The notes under the pieces: generated by a model | Databases searched by the model: none | What the model saw: only the letters and a program-made list of their open reading frames with translations | What the model was told of the DNA's origin: nothing | In this document: piece after piece, positions 41,801 through 56,800 of the stretch | How the letters are laid out: each line of letters begins with the position of its first letter | How positions within the stretch are numbered: position 1 is the stretch's first letter | Program-made: the position numbers and the translations under genes | Assembly (NCBI RefSeq): GCF_964204645.1 | Contig: NC_134025.1 | Coordinates: 2,108,001-2,172,000, forward strand | Direction: 5' to 3' | DNA: 64,000 nt | Source of the DNA: Tubulanus polymorphus | Lineage: Eukaryota; Animalia; Nemertea

Positions 41801-44800
41801 TCCATCGACAACACCGGCTCCATGTGTTAAAAGAGACGGAATGAAAGACCCTCTGGTCATCTCAGCTGAAAGTATCTCAGCGACACCTCCACTCGAGAAT
41901 TCTGATGATGCCAATAAATTAAGACCAGGTGGTGCACTTTATTTACAAGTAGCAGCAAATCAAGTTGAATTGATTGTCGATCTAGACGATGATGGAGTTG
42001 AGCTCGGAGCAGTTTCCATCAATTCACCAAACATCAACAATATCGACTATTTCGTAGTTTCCGTCAAGTCAACCGTAAACTCACCCTCATACGATAAAAT
42101 AACCAAGGTATATCATAACATCGATCGTTGTACATCTTAATGTTTATTCATAAAACTGGATTGTTATGCTCATAATATCGATCATAACATCTAATTGATA
42201 TGAAATGAAATATTTTATAGACGGATGTGACAAATCCATCATCTGTTCCGAAAAATGGAAAAGTTGAACCAGAGGATACTGTGCATTTGAAAGAAAATAA
42301 ATTTGCCGCTAAAATCAAAGTGAAAGTTAAAAGAGCAAGTGGGTCAAATGACCCCATTGAAATACAATTGAGCATCAAAGCATGTTTCAAACCAGGTAAT
42401 TTTTCAGAAAAAAAAACCAAAAGTAAAACTAATTCACATAATGAAACATACTGCATTCGACTGATTAATTCACATTTATTGATATATGTGTATATTCGGG
42501 TGATACAGAATGTTTTTTAAAAGTTCATAAAAACCATTTAGCATTCTTTAGTATAATTAGCGAACAAAAGGATTCCTACGAATTCATTGTTTCAGCTCAC
42601 GGAGAAAACAAAATGACACATTTAGCATATGATTTTGTTAAGATAATAGTGTACGAAATTATTCTTTCGTGATACGATACACACACATTTTTTTTCATGC
42701 CAAAATATAGATTTTGATGATAAGCGTGTTATTTTCTTTTGGGATTTGACCTTCAAACTCTTCAGTTGAGCGGTACCTTTAGGCTGTCAATGTAATACGA
42801 TACTGGGATGACAATATGCCGTTCAGAAAATTATGCCGTTCAGAAAATAACCTTGGACTGTAGATCTGCACAAAACATCACCTACTTCTACTTAGAAGGA
42901 ATGAAAAACTAACCGCTTATTGCGGGAATAAACATATATATGACATGAATGAATAGTGATCAAACACCTGTGAAGCAATGATCAATGAAAACCAAATACA
43001 TAAACATGAAAATATATGATTTCACCTTACAAGTTCTCCTCCACTCGACTAATTTCAGTGTCTTTCGTGATTTAAGTTTGATAAAGATCATTCTCCCAGT
43101 GCTATATTGCTTCCATCATGAGAGCAGTACTAAGAGTTCTTCATTGAAATTGTGTCTAAATTTACATTGAAATAGAAGTAAAAGACGAGAAAAAATTTTA
43201 TATCGAACTAAGATCTTCAGCAACCAGAGAGTTTTTAAACCTATACCACGATATATTTTACAGTTATTTCAACAACCACTGTAGTTGTATCTACTGCATC
43301 AGGGACACTTCCAACCACATGTGCAGCTAATCAGTTTGTCTGTGATAAGTGTTTAAAACCTGACCAAAGATGCGATGGCACGGTGGACTGTATCGATGGC
43401 AGTGATGAAAGAGGATGTGGTTAGTACAGTGATTCGTTTGAATGGATGGGCCCAATTTAATCAATGATTCGTCTAACATTCCTCAAAGCTGGAGTAGACA
43501 TTTTATTTCGTTGAATTATGAAAAATTAGTAACAAATTATATATACATTTTAATCAAGGTACGACAACCACGAGTGTTACACCAGGAGTCACACCAGGAG
43601 TCACACCAGGAGCTACACCAGGAGTCACACCAGGAGCTACACCAGGAGTCACACCAGGAGTCACACCAGGAGCTACACCAGGAGTCACACCAGGAGCTAC
43701 ACCAGGAGTCACACCAGGGGCTACACCAGGAGTCACACCAGGAGCTACACCAGGAGTCACACCAGGGGCTACACCAGGAGTCACACCAGGGGCTACACCA
43801 GGAGTCACACCAGGCGCTACACCAGGAGTCACTCCAGGCGCTACACCAGGAGTCACACCAGGGGCTACACCAGGAGTCACACCAGAAGCTACACCAGGAG
43901 TCACACCAGGGGCTACACCAGGAGTCACACCAGGAGCTACACCAGGAGTCACACCAGGCGCTACACCAGGAGTCACACCAGGAGCTACACCAGGAGTCAC
44001 ACCAGGAGCTACACCAGGAGTCACACCAGGAGCTACACCAGGAGTCACACCAGGAGCTACACCAGGAGTCACACCAGGCGCTACACCAGGAGTCACACCA
44101 GGCGCTACACCAGGAGTCACACCAGGAGCTACACCAGGAGTCACACCAGGTGCTACACCAGGAGTCACACCTGGAGCTACACCAGGAGTCACACCGGGAG
44201 CTACACCAGGAGTCACACCCGGAGCTACACCAGGAGTCACACCAGGGGCTACACCAGGAGTCACACCAGGCGCTACACCAGGAGTCACACCAGGGGCTAC
44301 ACCAGGAGTCACACCAGGAGCTACACCAGGAGTCACACCAGGAGCTACACCAGGAGTCACACCAGGGGCTACACCAGGAGTCACACCAGGGGCTACACCA
44401 GGAGTCACACCAGGCGCTACACCAGGAGTCACACCAGGGGCTACACCAGGAGTCACACCAGGAGCTACACCAGGAGTCACACCCGGAGCTACACCAGGAG
44501 TCACACCAGGCGCTACACCAGGAGCTACACCAGGGGCTACACCAGGAGTCACACCGGGCGCTACACCAGGAGCCACACCAGGAGCTACACCAGGAGTCAC
44601 ACCAGGAGCTACACCAGGAGTCACACCAGGTGCTACACCAGGAGTCACACCTGGAGCTACACCAGGAGTCACACCGGGAGCTACACCAGGAGTCACACCC
44701 GGAGCTACACCAGGAGTCACACCGGGGGCTACACCAGGAGTCACACCGGGAGCTACACCAGGAGTCACACCAGGGGCTACACCAGGAGTCACACCTGGTG

Positions 44801-47800
44801 CTACACCAGGAGTCACACCGGGAGCTACACCAGGAGTCACACCGGGCGCTACACCAGGAGCCACACCAGGAGCTACACCAGGAGTCACACCAGGTGCTAC
44901 ACCAGGAGTCACACCAGGAGCTACACCAGGAGTCACACCAGGAGCTACACCAGGAGTCACACCAGGCGCTACACCAGGAGTCACACCAGGCGCTACACCA
45001 GGAGTCACACCAGGAGCTACACCAGGAGTCACACCAGGAGTCACACCAGGAGTCACACCAGGCGCTACACCGGGAGTCACACCAGGAGCTACACCAGGAG
45101 TCACACCAGGTGCTACACCAGGAGCCACACCAGGAGTTACACCAGGAGTCACACCGGGTGCTACACCAGGAGTCACACCAGGAGCTACACCAGGAGTCAC
45201 ACCAGGAGCTACACCAGGAGTCACACCAGGGGCTACACCAGGAGTCACACCAGGAGCTACACCAGGAGTCACACCAGGCGCTACACCAGGAGTCACACCA
45301 GGAGCTACACCAGGAGTCACACCAGGCGCTACACCAGGAGTCACACCAGGCGCTACACCAGGAGTCACACCAGGCGCTACACCAGGAGTCACACCAGGAG
45401 CTACACCAGGAGTCACACCAGGTGCTACACCAGGAGTCACACCAGGAGCTACACCAGGAGTCACACCCGGAGCTACACCAGGAGTCACACCAGGCGCTAC
45501 ACCAGGAGCTACACCAGGGGCTACACCAGGAGTCACACCAGGAGCTACACCAGGGGTCACACCAGGCGCTACACCAGGAGTCACACCAGGAGCTACACCA
45601 GGAGTCACACCAGGTGCTACACCAGGAGTCACACCAGGCGCTACACCAGGAGTCACACCAGGCGCTACACCAGGAGTCACACCAGGAGCTACACCAGGAG
45701 CCACACCAGGAGCTACACCAGGAGTCACACCGGGTGCTACACCAGGAGTCACACCGGGGGCTACACCAGGAGTCACACCAGGGGCTACACCAGGAGTCAC
45801 ACCAGGAGCTACACCAGGAGTCACACCCGGAGCTACACCAGGAGTCACACCAGGCGCTACACCAGGAGCTACACCAGGGGCTACACCAGGAGTCACACCA
45901 GGAGCTACACCAGGAGTCACACCAGGCGCTACACCAGGAGTCACACCAGGAGCTACGCCAGGAGTCACACCAGGCGCTACACCAGGAGCTACACCAGGAG
46001 TCACACCAGGAGCTACACCAGGAGTCACACCAGGCGCTACACCAGGAGTCACACCAGGAGCTACACCAGGAGTCACACCAGGCGCTACACCAGGAGTCAC
46101 ACCAGGCGCTACACCAGGAGTCACACCAGGCGCTACACCAGGAGTCACACCAGGAGCTACACCAGGAGTCACACCTGGAGCTACACCAGGAGTCACACCA
46201 GGCGCTACACCAGGAGTCACACCAGGAGCTACACCAGGAGTCACACCAGGGGCTACACCAGGAGCTACACCAGGAGTCACACCAGGAGCTACACCAGGAG
46301 TCACACCAGGCGCTACACCAGGAGTCACACCAGGCGCTACGCCAGGAGTCACACCGGGAGCTACACCAGGAGTCACACCAGGCGCTACACCAGGAGTCAC
46401 ACCAGGCGCTACACCAGGAGCTACACCAGGAGTCACACCAGGTGTTACACCAGGAGTCACACCAGGAGTCACACCAGGCGCTACACCGGGAGTCACACCA
46501 GGAGCTACACCGGGAGTCACACCAGGAGTCACACCGGGAGCTACACCAGGAGCCACACCAGGTGCTACACCAGGTGCAACACCAGGAGCTACACCGGGGG
46601 CCACACCAGGAGCCACGCCGGGAGCCACACCAGGTGCCACACCAGGAGCTACACCAGGAGTCACACCAGGTGCTACACCAGGAGTCACACCAGGCGCCAC
46701 ACCAGGAGCTACACCAGGAGTCACACCAGGCGCTACACCGGGAGTCACACCAGGAGCTACACCAGGAGTCACACCTGGAGCTACACCAGGAGTCACACCA
46801 GGCGCTACACCAGGAGTCACACCAGGGGCTACACCAGGAGCTACACCAGGAGTCACACCAGGAGCTACACCAGGAGTCACACCAGGCGCTACACCTGGAG
46901 TCACACCAGGCGCTACACCAGGAGTCACACCAGGTGCTACACCAGGAGTCACACCTGGAGCTACACCAGGAGTCACACCGGGAGCTACACCAGGAGTCAC
47001 ACCAGGTGCTACACCAGGAGTCACACCAGGAGCTACACCAGGAGTCACACCGGGCGCTACACCAGGAGTCACACCAGGAGCTACACCAGGAGTCACACCA
47101 GGAGCTACACCAGGAGTCACACCGGGCGCTACACCAGGAGCCACACCAGGAGCTACACCAGGAGTCACACCAGGAGCTACACCAGGAGTCACACCGGGCG
47201 CTACACCAGGAGCCACACCAGGAGCTACACCAGGAGTCACACCAGGTGCTACACCAGGAGCTACACCAGGAGTCACACCGGGCGCTACACCAGGAGTCAC
47301 ACCAGGAGCTACACCAGGAGTCACACCAGGCGCTACACCAGGAGTCACACCAGGCGCTACACCAGGAGTCACACCAGGCGCTACACCAGGAGTCACACCA
47401 GGAGCTACACCAGGAGTCACACCAGGCGCTACACCAGGAGTCACACCAGGTGCAACACCAGGAGCCACACCAGGAGCTACACCAGGTGCAACACCAGGAG
47501 TTACTCCGGGAGCCACACCAGGAGCTACTCCAGGAGCTACACCAGGTGCTACACCAGGAGCCACACCAGGTGCCACACCAGGAGCTACACCAGGTGCAAC
47601 ACCTGGAGCCACACCAGGAGCCACACCAGGAGCTACACCAGGAGCCACACCAGGCGCAACACCAGGAGCCACACCAGGAGTTACTCCGGGAGCCACACCA
47701 GGTGCTACACCAGGAGCTACGCCAGGAGCTACACCGGGTGCCACACCAGGAGCCACACCAGGAGCTACACCGGGAGCCACACCAGGTGCTACACCAGGGG

Positions 47801-50800
47801 CCACACCAGGAGCCACTCCAAGAGCGACACCGGGTGCAACACCAGGAGCTACTCCGGGAGCTACCCCAGGAGCTACATTAGTTTCCACAACACCACCCGG
47901 TAAATGTTATTTCTCTTTCATTGCTTTTAGAAACAATTGGTCGAAATTGATTTTACCCCTCGATCATTATTATGGAAATATTGCCAGTCAATATTCTTTA
48001 ACGTTGATCTCATTTTATTCACTGATTTTTAAGTCTCATTTATCTCATTTTTTTCAGAAACCTGTCCGTATGTACAATATCTAACGGCGCGTAACAGATT
48101 AATGTGGGACATCACGTGGTCCAGTAATAATCTCTCTCCTAATAAACAATTCAATTTCCTGTTCGGCACGATAGCATTGCAAATGTTCTCGTTTACGAAT
48201 GATGATTGGAGTAATAATTATAACCAGTATCGTTCGTACATCCAGTTTGAAGCAGTTAAAGCCAAAGATCCAAATAAGGTTTCAATTATAGCCGTGATGG
48301 TTACGGTAATAAACACCCGTGGTCTCTTGATTCAGACATCTCAAAATGGCGAGGTTTGGGAAAATGATTTTGGCGCTGTAAGTTTTTCAAACATGTTTTC
48401 AATCTTTTGAATCGTCGAAAAAATTTACATTCTTTTTTACCTAAATATAACTATATTTCTCTAGGCTATTTCGGCACCATTTACTGCACAATGGGCAATA
48501 ATTGGAGTGTCTTACGGAGCAGCCGGTGTTCCGGGTTCGTTTGCGAGGATCGTAGTGCATAGTAAAATCAAATATCCCGTTCCGTTTTTGACAAACGTCT
48601 TGGTAATAGCTTGTCTCGAGCCAACTCCATTCACAACGCTTCCACCGGAGACTACGACTGAGGTATTTTCCATCATACTTTAAGTGTTCATGATAAAATG
48701 CGCCAATCAAAAAATATGCACTATGCTTAATGAAATGATATTAATTGAAGGATACTTGCAAAGACGGTCAGATTAAGTGTACGGAAGGAAACTGCGCCAC
48801 GCTATGTAACGATCACTATGAATGTCAAGATAGAAGTGATGAGAACGATTGTCTAACGAGTAAGGATATTGTGATATTGTTCACGAGACCTACAAATAAT
48901 TAATCGCAAGGATTTTTATTCTAGAACAATCATATATATGCTTTCGTTTTTAGCAATTCCACCGTGCACAGAATTCACGTGTAATAGCACCGGCGAATGC
49001 ATTCCTAACAGTAAAGTCTGTGAAGGTACTTGCGACTGCGGTTCCACTTGTGAAGATGAAGTCGAATGTGGTATGTATCGGCAATTTTTCTTTTTCCTGG
49101 AATATCTAGGCGCAAATATCAGTTTCATTTAGCATATATCTGTGTATGGTATCTTACCCTGTTTTCCTCTAGAAACAACTTGTCCTACGCCAACTGATGG
49201 AAAGATTGACTGCACAATGGGTCATATAATGGTCAAATGTGTTCCACAAAACATGCTTTGTGACGGTACACCATACTGCAAAAACGGTGAAGATGAGAAA
49301 GATTGTGAGTACAGCCATTACAAAACAAGAAAAATTAGGAATTAGGAATTAATCATTTGGCGCCCCGATAAAATGTCGAATGTTTTTGAATAAGCGCATG
49401 TATCGTCTAGATGGTGAAAATACATTTGTTCGGGTGAATATGCAAAAATTCTAATGAGTTTCAACTAGGGTTTTTGATTATATATGTCATCAGCCGGGAC
49501 GCACTGTAGACATCCTCCCTCGTTCGGGATTCGAAGCTTGAGGCCAAATTCAGTTTTTGTAGCTAGTCGACCAGTCGTCGAAACTAATAATCGAATATTT
49601 ATAGAATCCCATACTACTAAAAGGAGAAAGATTAAGTCCGAAAAGTTTCCTTCAAGCTAATAATTAATTAATTCGACGTTTCTAACATTCATCTTTAAAA
49701 TAGTCATCTTTAAAAGAATTTATGCGATAAAATGTTGACAATTTATTGAAAGGAAACCACAACGGCTTTTAGCTGTTCACTAACAGTCATCATCGGGACC
49801 GAATATATGCACTCGCAGTATATCAGCAGAAGCTATCTGCCATACTTGCTGAAATATGCAAATGACAAAAATTTAATTAGTTTAGAAAGATTATAAAAGG
49901 AAGGAAGTACAGAGCGACAACCAGTAAATAAACCGGTATCTGGTAAAAAGTTGATGTTGGTGTCGAGATGATAAATGATTGTATGGAGAAAACCCAGAGT
50001 ATTCAAATTATAGTATATAAGTTAGATTTCGAAAGTTTACAAATATATAAGGATTCCAACATGTGTCTCCTGTGAATATCTTTTCAAGGATAAATGAGTT
50101 TCGAGTTTTAAAAATCAGATTTGTGATTGGTTATAGAAATTTGGTTAGTAGCCGAACTTTCAAGCATTTGGTCCCTCGTGCGTTAATCGAGATCACGGCC
50201 GTTTTTGCACTAATTGTTCCCTGGTTCTATCGTTTTGATGAGGTGAAATTCATCATCAATTATCTGACATGTAGTGCACAGACGTCTTGTCAACTCGTTC
50301 ACATGATTTTGTGAGGTTCTACACATCGACGTCGTCATCGCCTAGCACAAACACTCAACTCGTCACGTAGTCCTATATCACAACTAATAAAATATTGTTA
50401 CAGGTCCATCAACAACCAAAGCAACAACACCGAGAGCAACACCGGGAGCAACAACAGGAGTGACGCCAGGAGCAACACCAGGAGCTACACCAGGTGCTAC
50501 ACCAGGTGCTACACCAGGAGCTACACCAGGAGCTACACCAGGAGCAACACCAGGAGCTACACCAGGAGCAACACCAGGCGCTACACCAGGTGCTACACCA
50601 GGAGCTACACCAGGAGCCACACCAGGCGCTACACCAGGAGCTACACCTGGAGCAACACCAGGAGCTACACCAGGAGCTACACCAGGTGCTACACCAGGTG
50701 CTACACCAGGAGCTACACCAGGAGCAACACCAGGCGCTACACCAGGAGCTACACCAGGAGCAACACCAGGAGCCACACCAGGAGCTACACCAGGAGCTAC

Positions 50801-53800
50801 ACCAGGAGCAACACCAGGAGCTACACCAGGAGCTACACCAGGTGCTACACCAGGTGCTACACCAGGAGCTACACCAGGAGCCACACCAGGAGCTACACCA
50901 GGAGCAACACCAGGAGCTACACCAGGTGCTACACCAGGAGCTACACCAGGGGCCACACCAGGAGCTACACCAGGAGCAACACCAGGAGCTACACCAGGAG
51001 CAACACCAGGCGCTACACCAGGCGCTACACCAGGCGCTACACCAGGCGCTACACCAGGAGCTACACCAGGAGCCACACCAGGAGCAACACCAGGAGCTAC
51101 ACCAGGAGCAACACCAGGCGCTACACCAGGCGCTACACCAGGCGCTACACCAGGCGCTACACCAGGCGCTACACCAGGAGCTACACCAGGAGCCACACCA
51201 GGAGCAACACCAGGAGCTACACCAGGAGCAACACCAGGCGCTACACCAGGCGCTACACCAGGAGCTACACCAGGAGCCACACCAGGAGCAACACCAGGCG
51301 TTACACCAGGAGCAACACCAGGAGCAACACCAGGCGCTACACCAGGAGCTACACCAGGAGCAACACCAGGCGCTACACCAGGAGCTACACCAGGAGCTAC
51401 ACCAGGAGCAACACCAGGCGCTACACCAGGTGCTACACCAGGAGCTACACCAGGAGCTACACCAGGTGCTACACCAGGTGCTACACCAGGAGCTACACCA
51501 GGCGCTACACCAGGAGCTACACCAGGAGCAACACCAGGCGCTACACCAGGAGCTACACCAGGAGCTACACCAGGAGCAACACCAGGAGCAACACCAGGCG
51601 CTACACCAGGCGTTACACCAGGAGCAACACCAGGAGCAACACCAGGCGCTACACCAGGAGCTACACCAGGAGCCACACCAGGAGCTACACCAGGAGCAAC
51701 ACCAGGAGCAACACCAGGCGCTACACCAGGCGCTACACCAGGAGCTACACCAGGAGCTACACCAGGAGCTACACCAGGAGCAACACCAGGAGCAACACCA
51801 GGCGTTACACCAGGAGCAACACCAGGAGCAACACCAGGCGCTACACCAGGCGCTACACCAGGAGCAACACCAGGAGCAACACCAGGAGCTACACCAGGTG
51901 CTACACCAGGAGCTACACCAGGCGCTACACCAGGAGCTACACCAGGAGCTACACCAGGAGCAACACCAGGCGCTACACCAGGAGCTACACCAGGAGCTAC
52001 ACCAGGAGCTACACCAGGAGCAACACCAGGCGCTACACCAGGTGCTACACCAGGAGCTACACCAGGAGCCACACCAGGCGCTACACCAGGAGCTACACCA
52101 GGAGCAACACCAGGAGCTACACCAGGAGCTACACCAGGTGCTACACCAGGTGCTACACCAGGAGCTACACCAGGAGCAACACCAGGAGCCACACCAGGCG
52201 CTACACCAGGAGCTACACCAGGAGCAACACCAGGAGCTACACCAGGTGCTACACCAGGTGCTACACCAGGAGCTACACCAGGAGCAACACCAGGCGCTAC
52301 ACCAGGAGCTACACCAGGAGCTACACCGGGTGCCACACCAGGAGCCACGCCGGGAGCTACACCAGGAGCCACACCAGGTGCTACACCAGGTGCAACACCA
52401 GGAGCTACACCGGGGGCCACACCAGGAGCCACGCCGGGAGCCACACCAGGAGCTACACCAGGAGCTACACCAGGTGCTACGCCAGGAGTTACTCCGGGAG
52501 CCACACCAGGTGCTACACCAGGAGCCACACCAGGAGCTACACCAGGAGCCACACCAGGAGCTACACCAGGAGCTACACCAGGAGCCACACCAGGTGCAAC
52601 ACCAGGAGCCACACCGGGAGCTACACCAGGAGCCACACCAGGAGCTACACCAGGAGCTACACCAGGAGCCACACCAGGAGCTACACCAGGAGCAACACCA
52701 GGAGCTACACCAGGAGCAACACCAGGCGCTACACCAGGCGCTACACCGGGAGCCACACCGGGAGCCACACCAGGAGCCACACCGGGAGCTACACCAGGAG
52801 CCACACCAGGTGCAACACCAGGTGCAACACCAGGAGCTACACCGGGAGCCACACCGGGAGCAACACCAGGTGCTACACCAGGAGCCACACCAGGAGCTAC
52901 ACCAGGTGCAACACCGGGAGCTACACCAGGTGCTACACCAGGTGCAACACCAGGAGCTACACCGGTTGCCACACCAGGAGCCACACCGGGAGCTACACCA
53001 GGAGCAACACCAGGCGCAACACCAGGAGCTACACCAGGAGCAACACCAGGAGCTACACCAGGAGCTACACCAGGAGCAACACCGGGAGCCACACCGGGAG
53101 TTACACCGGGAGCTACACCAGGCGCAACACCAGGAGCTACACCAGGAGCTACACCAGGAGCAACACCAGGAGCTACACCAGGAGCTACACCAGGCGCAAC
53201 ACCAGGAGCTACACCAGGAGCAACACCAGGAGCCACACCAGGAGCAACACCAGGAGCTACACCAGGAGCAACACCAGGAGCCACACCGGGAGCCACACCG
53301 GGAGCTACACCAGGAGCAACACCAGGCGCAACACCAGGAGCCACACCGGGAGCTACACCAGGAGCAACACCAGGCGCAACACCAGGAGCTACACCAGGAG
53401 CAACACCAGGAGCTACACCAGGAGCTACACCAGGCGCAACACCAGGAGCTACACCAGGAGCAACACCAGGAGCCACACCAGGAGCAACACCAGGAGCTAC
53501 ACCAGGAGCTACACCAGGAGCAACACCAGGAGCCACACCAGGCGCTACACCAGGAGCTACACCAGGCGCAACACCAGGAGCTACACCAGGAGCTACACCG
53601 GGTGCCACACCAGGAGCCACGCCGGGAGCTACACCAGGAGCCACACCAGGTGCTACACCAGGTGCAACACCAGGAGCTACACCGGGGGCCACACCAGGAG
53701 CCACGCCGGGAGCCACACCAGGAGCTACACCAGGTGCTACGCCAGGAGTTACTCCGGGAGCCACACCAGGTGCTACACCAGGAGCTACACCAGGAGCTAC

Positions 53801-56800
53801 ACCAGGAGCCACACCAGGTGCAACACCAGGAGCCACACCAGGAGCTACACCAGGAGCCACACCAGGTGCAACACCAGGAGCCACACCAGGAGCTACACCA
53901 GGAGCCACACCAGGAGTTACTCCGGGAGCCACACCAGGTGCTACACCAGGTGCTACACCAGGAGCCACACCAGGTGCAACACCAGGAGCCACACCAGGAG
54001 CTACACCAGGTGCAACACCAGGAGCTACACCGGGAGCTACACCAGGAGCTACACCGGGAGCAACGCCAGGCGCTACACCGGGAGCTACACCGGGCGCTAC
54101 ACCAGGAGCTACTCCAGGCGCTACACCGGGAGCCACCCCAGGAGCCACGCCGGGCGCTACACCAGGAGCTACACCAGGAGCCACTCCAGGCGCTACACCG
54201 GGTGTGTAACTTAATCATATACGATCCACGTTACAAAATATTTGCCGACAATGATCCCTCAATCAAATGCCGATTATATTCCTACCCTGTAATTGGATTA
54301 ACGTATAGTCTCATTGTATTCTATATGAATTTGGTAATATCTTATTTATCTGTATTGATTATTATAGGACCTTGCACTTCCACGAATGGAATGGATGATG
54401 CTAGTATTATTGACGACGATGACATAGCTGTCACCCAAAGCGAAACCCCAGCCTCTGAAGCTAGGCCATCTGGTTCGGGAATTGTTACTAACAAAAAAAC
54501 TAGTAAGCTTACCGTGTCTCTTGGTGACGTGCCCGTTGAAATAGGCAAAATATCTGTTAACACAACCGGAACTGAAGAGTATACAGTGAAGATTGATAAC
54601 ATATTGCTCGGTCCGGTAAGTACTATTTTTCTGATATATGTGTTAAGATAACGACCCTTTTTGATTGAAAGATACTGCATTACAGTAGTATACCTTAACG
54701 CACGGTTAAAAATATCATATGTGGCCATATGTTCAAATAGCGCTTCATTTGCTGCCAGTTACGTTTCGTATTTAATATATACTTTTACTTACATTTCTAA
54801 GTGCTTAAACAACCTTGCACCAGAATTCCTGATGTCACTTTTAAAAGTAAATGTTCCTACACGTTATCATATCTCTAGTCTACTGTCTGTCACACCTACT
54901 CTCCGTGCGACGTTTTGGTCCGTAATTTCGTTAATAATCGGTTTATCTACCTTTATTTTGCATCAATTTGTTCAGTGAGGAATTTGCATTCAGAAATAAA
55001 CAACAATTTTCACTTAAGTTGTTTTTGTTTTCATTTATGAGCGATAGTTTACTCAGCATACGCTCGCGTAATGCTGAAAAATCCGCTCCGCGGACGCTCG
55101 GAAACGTTACAGTGACGTCATCACCTGCTCATTAGCATATCAAAATAGAGTAGGTGGCGCTACGTGACGGGCCATAAAAGCCGTTTTTAGCATTACGCGA
55201 GCGTATGCTTGGTAAACTATCGCTGATAGATGAAAACACAAACAAATTTCTGCCAGTTCATGATTTATTTCTGAATGCAAATTCCTTACTGAACAAATTG
55301 ATGCATAATATTTACAGATCAACCGATTATTAACGAAATTACGGACCAAAACGTCGCACGAAGAGCATGTGTGACAGACAGTAGTCAAATCTGTCTCAAA
55401 ACGTCATTTGAAAGCCATAACCGCGTTTCCCCATCCCGTATGGAAATTCTCGTCCGTCTTCGATTTCAAATGAAATCTTAAAACATACCCTTTCGGAAAG
55501 CTTCGTCGGATGCCGTCGTAAAATCTTTTTTTTTAACAATTTCATCTTATGTTCTTGTATTCCAAGGACATTGTAACAATCAGTATGATTATTATGATTA
55601 TTATTATTATGATTATGATTATTATTATGATTATGATTATTTTTATGATTATGATTATGTGATGATGTGCGGTTTCAAAACTGAACATTTTACTCATTGG
55701 TGTTAAGCGTTGACGCATTTACGTAAGGTTCGAATCGCGAAAATAAAATGTTTTTATTTTCTAAAATTCCCTTCATTTTAGAGAGCATAGCTGATCAGAA
55801 AACCGGTTATCGCCGCTTTGTAGCTATATTTATCATTGTAACTTTTTAAAGTATTGCGCTATACATTATTTTAGTAATATTATTATCATAATCATCATCA
55901 TTACTATTACTGTTATCATTTTTATCATTATATGAATCCATCAATAAATGGATTGTTTCAATCGCTATGAAATGGCGGATTTCTAGACGTACTACACGCG
56001 TCTGTTGAATCCACACGGGCGCTCTGATTCCTTTACATCATTCGATCTTTTTTCTACTTCATGGGAATCTATGTCAGAAAATTATTGATGCATAAAAAAT
56101 GACTGTTTGAATTTTTGAATGACGATTCTTTTGATTTTCCAATCCTGGGAACTGTTTGCAAGTATCTTTGAAGAATCTTTGGTGTTTTATAACTTTTTAG
56201 TAGCTGTAGATTTCGTTTCGTACTCATACTCATACGTTTGAAATGATTCGACATAATTATACGATATTTTCATTTTTTTCATCGGGTTTGCTGCATGTTA
56301 AATGACTGGCGGCAAGATCTAAAAGATGTCCTGGAAATATCGTATGGGTTTTGGTGATTTACGCAAAAAAGGATGAACACAACTGACTTCTTATTTTCAT
56401 TTTAGGACACAGTTCTCGATGTAAGTGGCAAAAAGTTTAGTCCCAGTCAAGAGCTGATTCTGAAAAATAACGTATTTGGAAAAAAAGTGACCATAACCTT
56501 TAGAACAAAGGCAGCGCAACAGATTTATCGAGCCTCAATTTTCGGCTGCTTCGAAAAAACGACAGGTAAATACGGCTTAAATCAGGTTACCTAGAAAGGA
56601 CGATATACCTAGTTCCTATAGCAAACATAAGATGAAAAAGCCAAGTTAAATCGAAATATTAGACGTTGAAAAATAGTATTCGATGATTCCATTTGATATA
56701 TAATCACGCTTAATGGTTATTCTGAAAAATGTAAAGGTTTCTTCGGGTAATCGCTGTAGGGGAACCCTTTCAGGCCTTCAAAGAACCTTTGTAAGTGGGT

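Noticed and set aside
26249-42140. 14 apparent 166-aa membrane-protein genes with a hydrophobic N-terminus (MKFLCIK...FFLLFFLG)
   Set aside because: The hydrophobic stretch is the translated intronic polypyrimidine tract and the ORF starts at TTG. Real coding begins at the AG acceptor.
25702-42760. CRISPR array, satellite DNA or tandem transposon interpretation
   Set aside because: No short repeat and unique spacer structure, no TIRs or transposase. The units contain in-frame spliceosomal exons.
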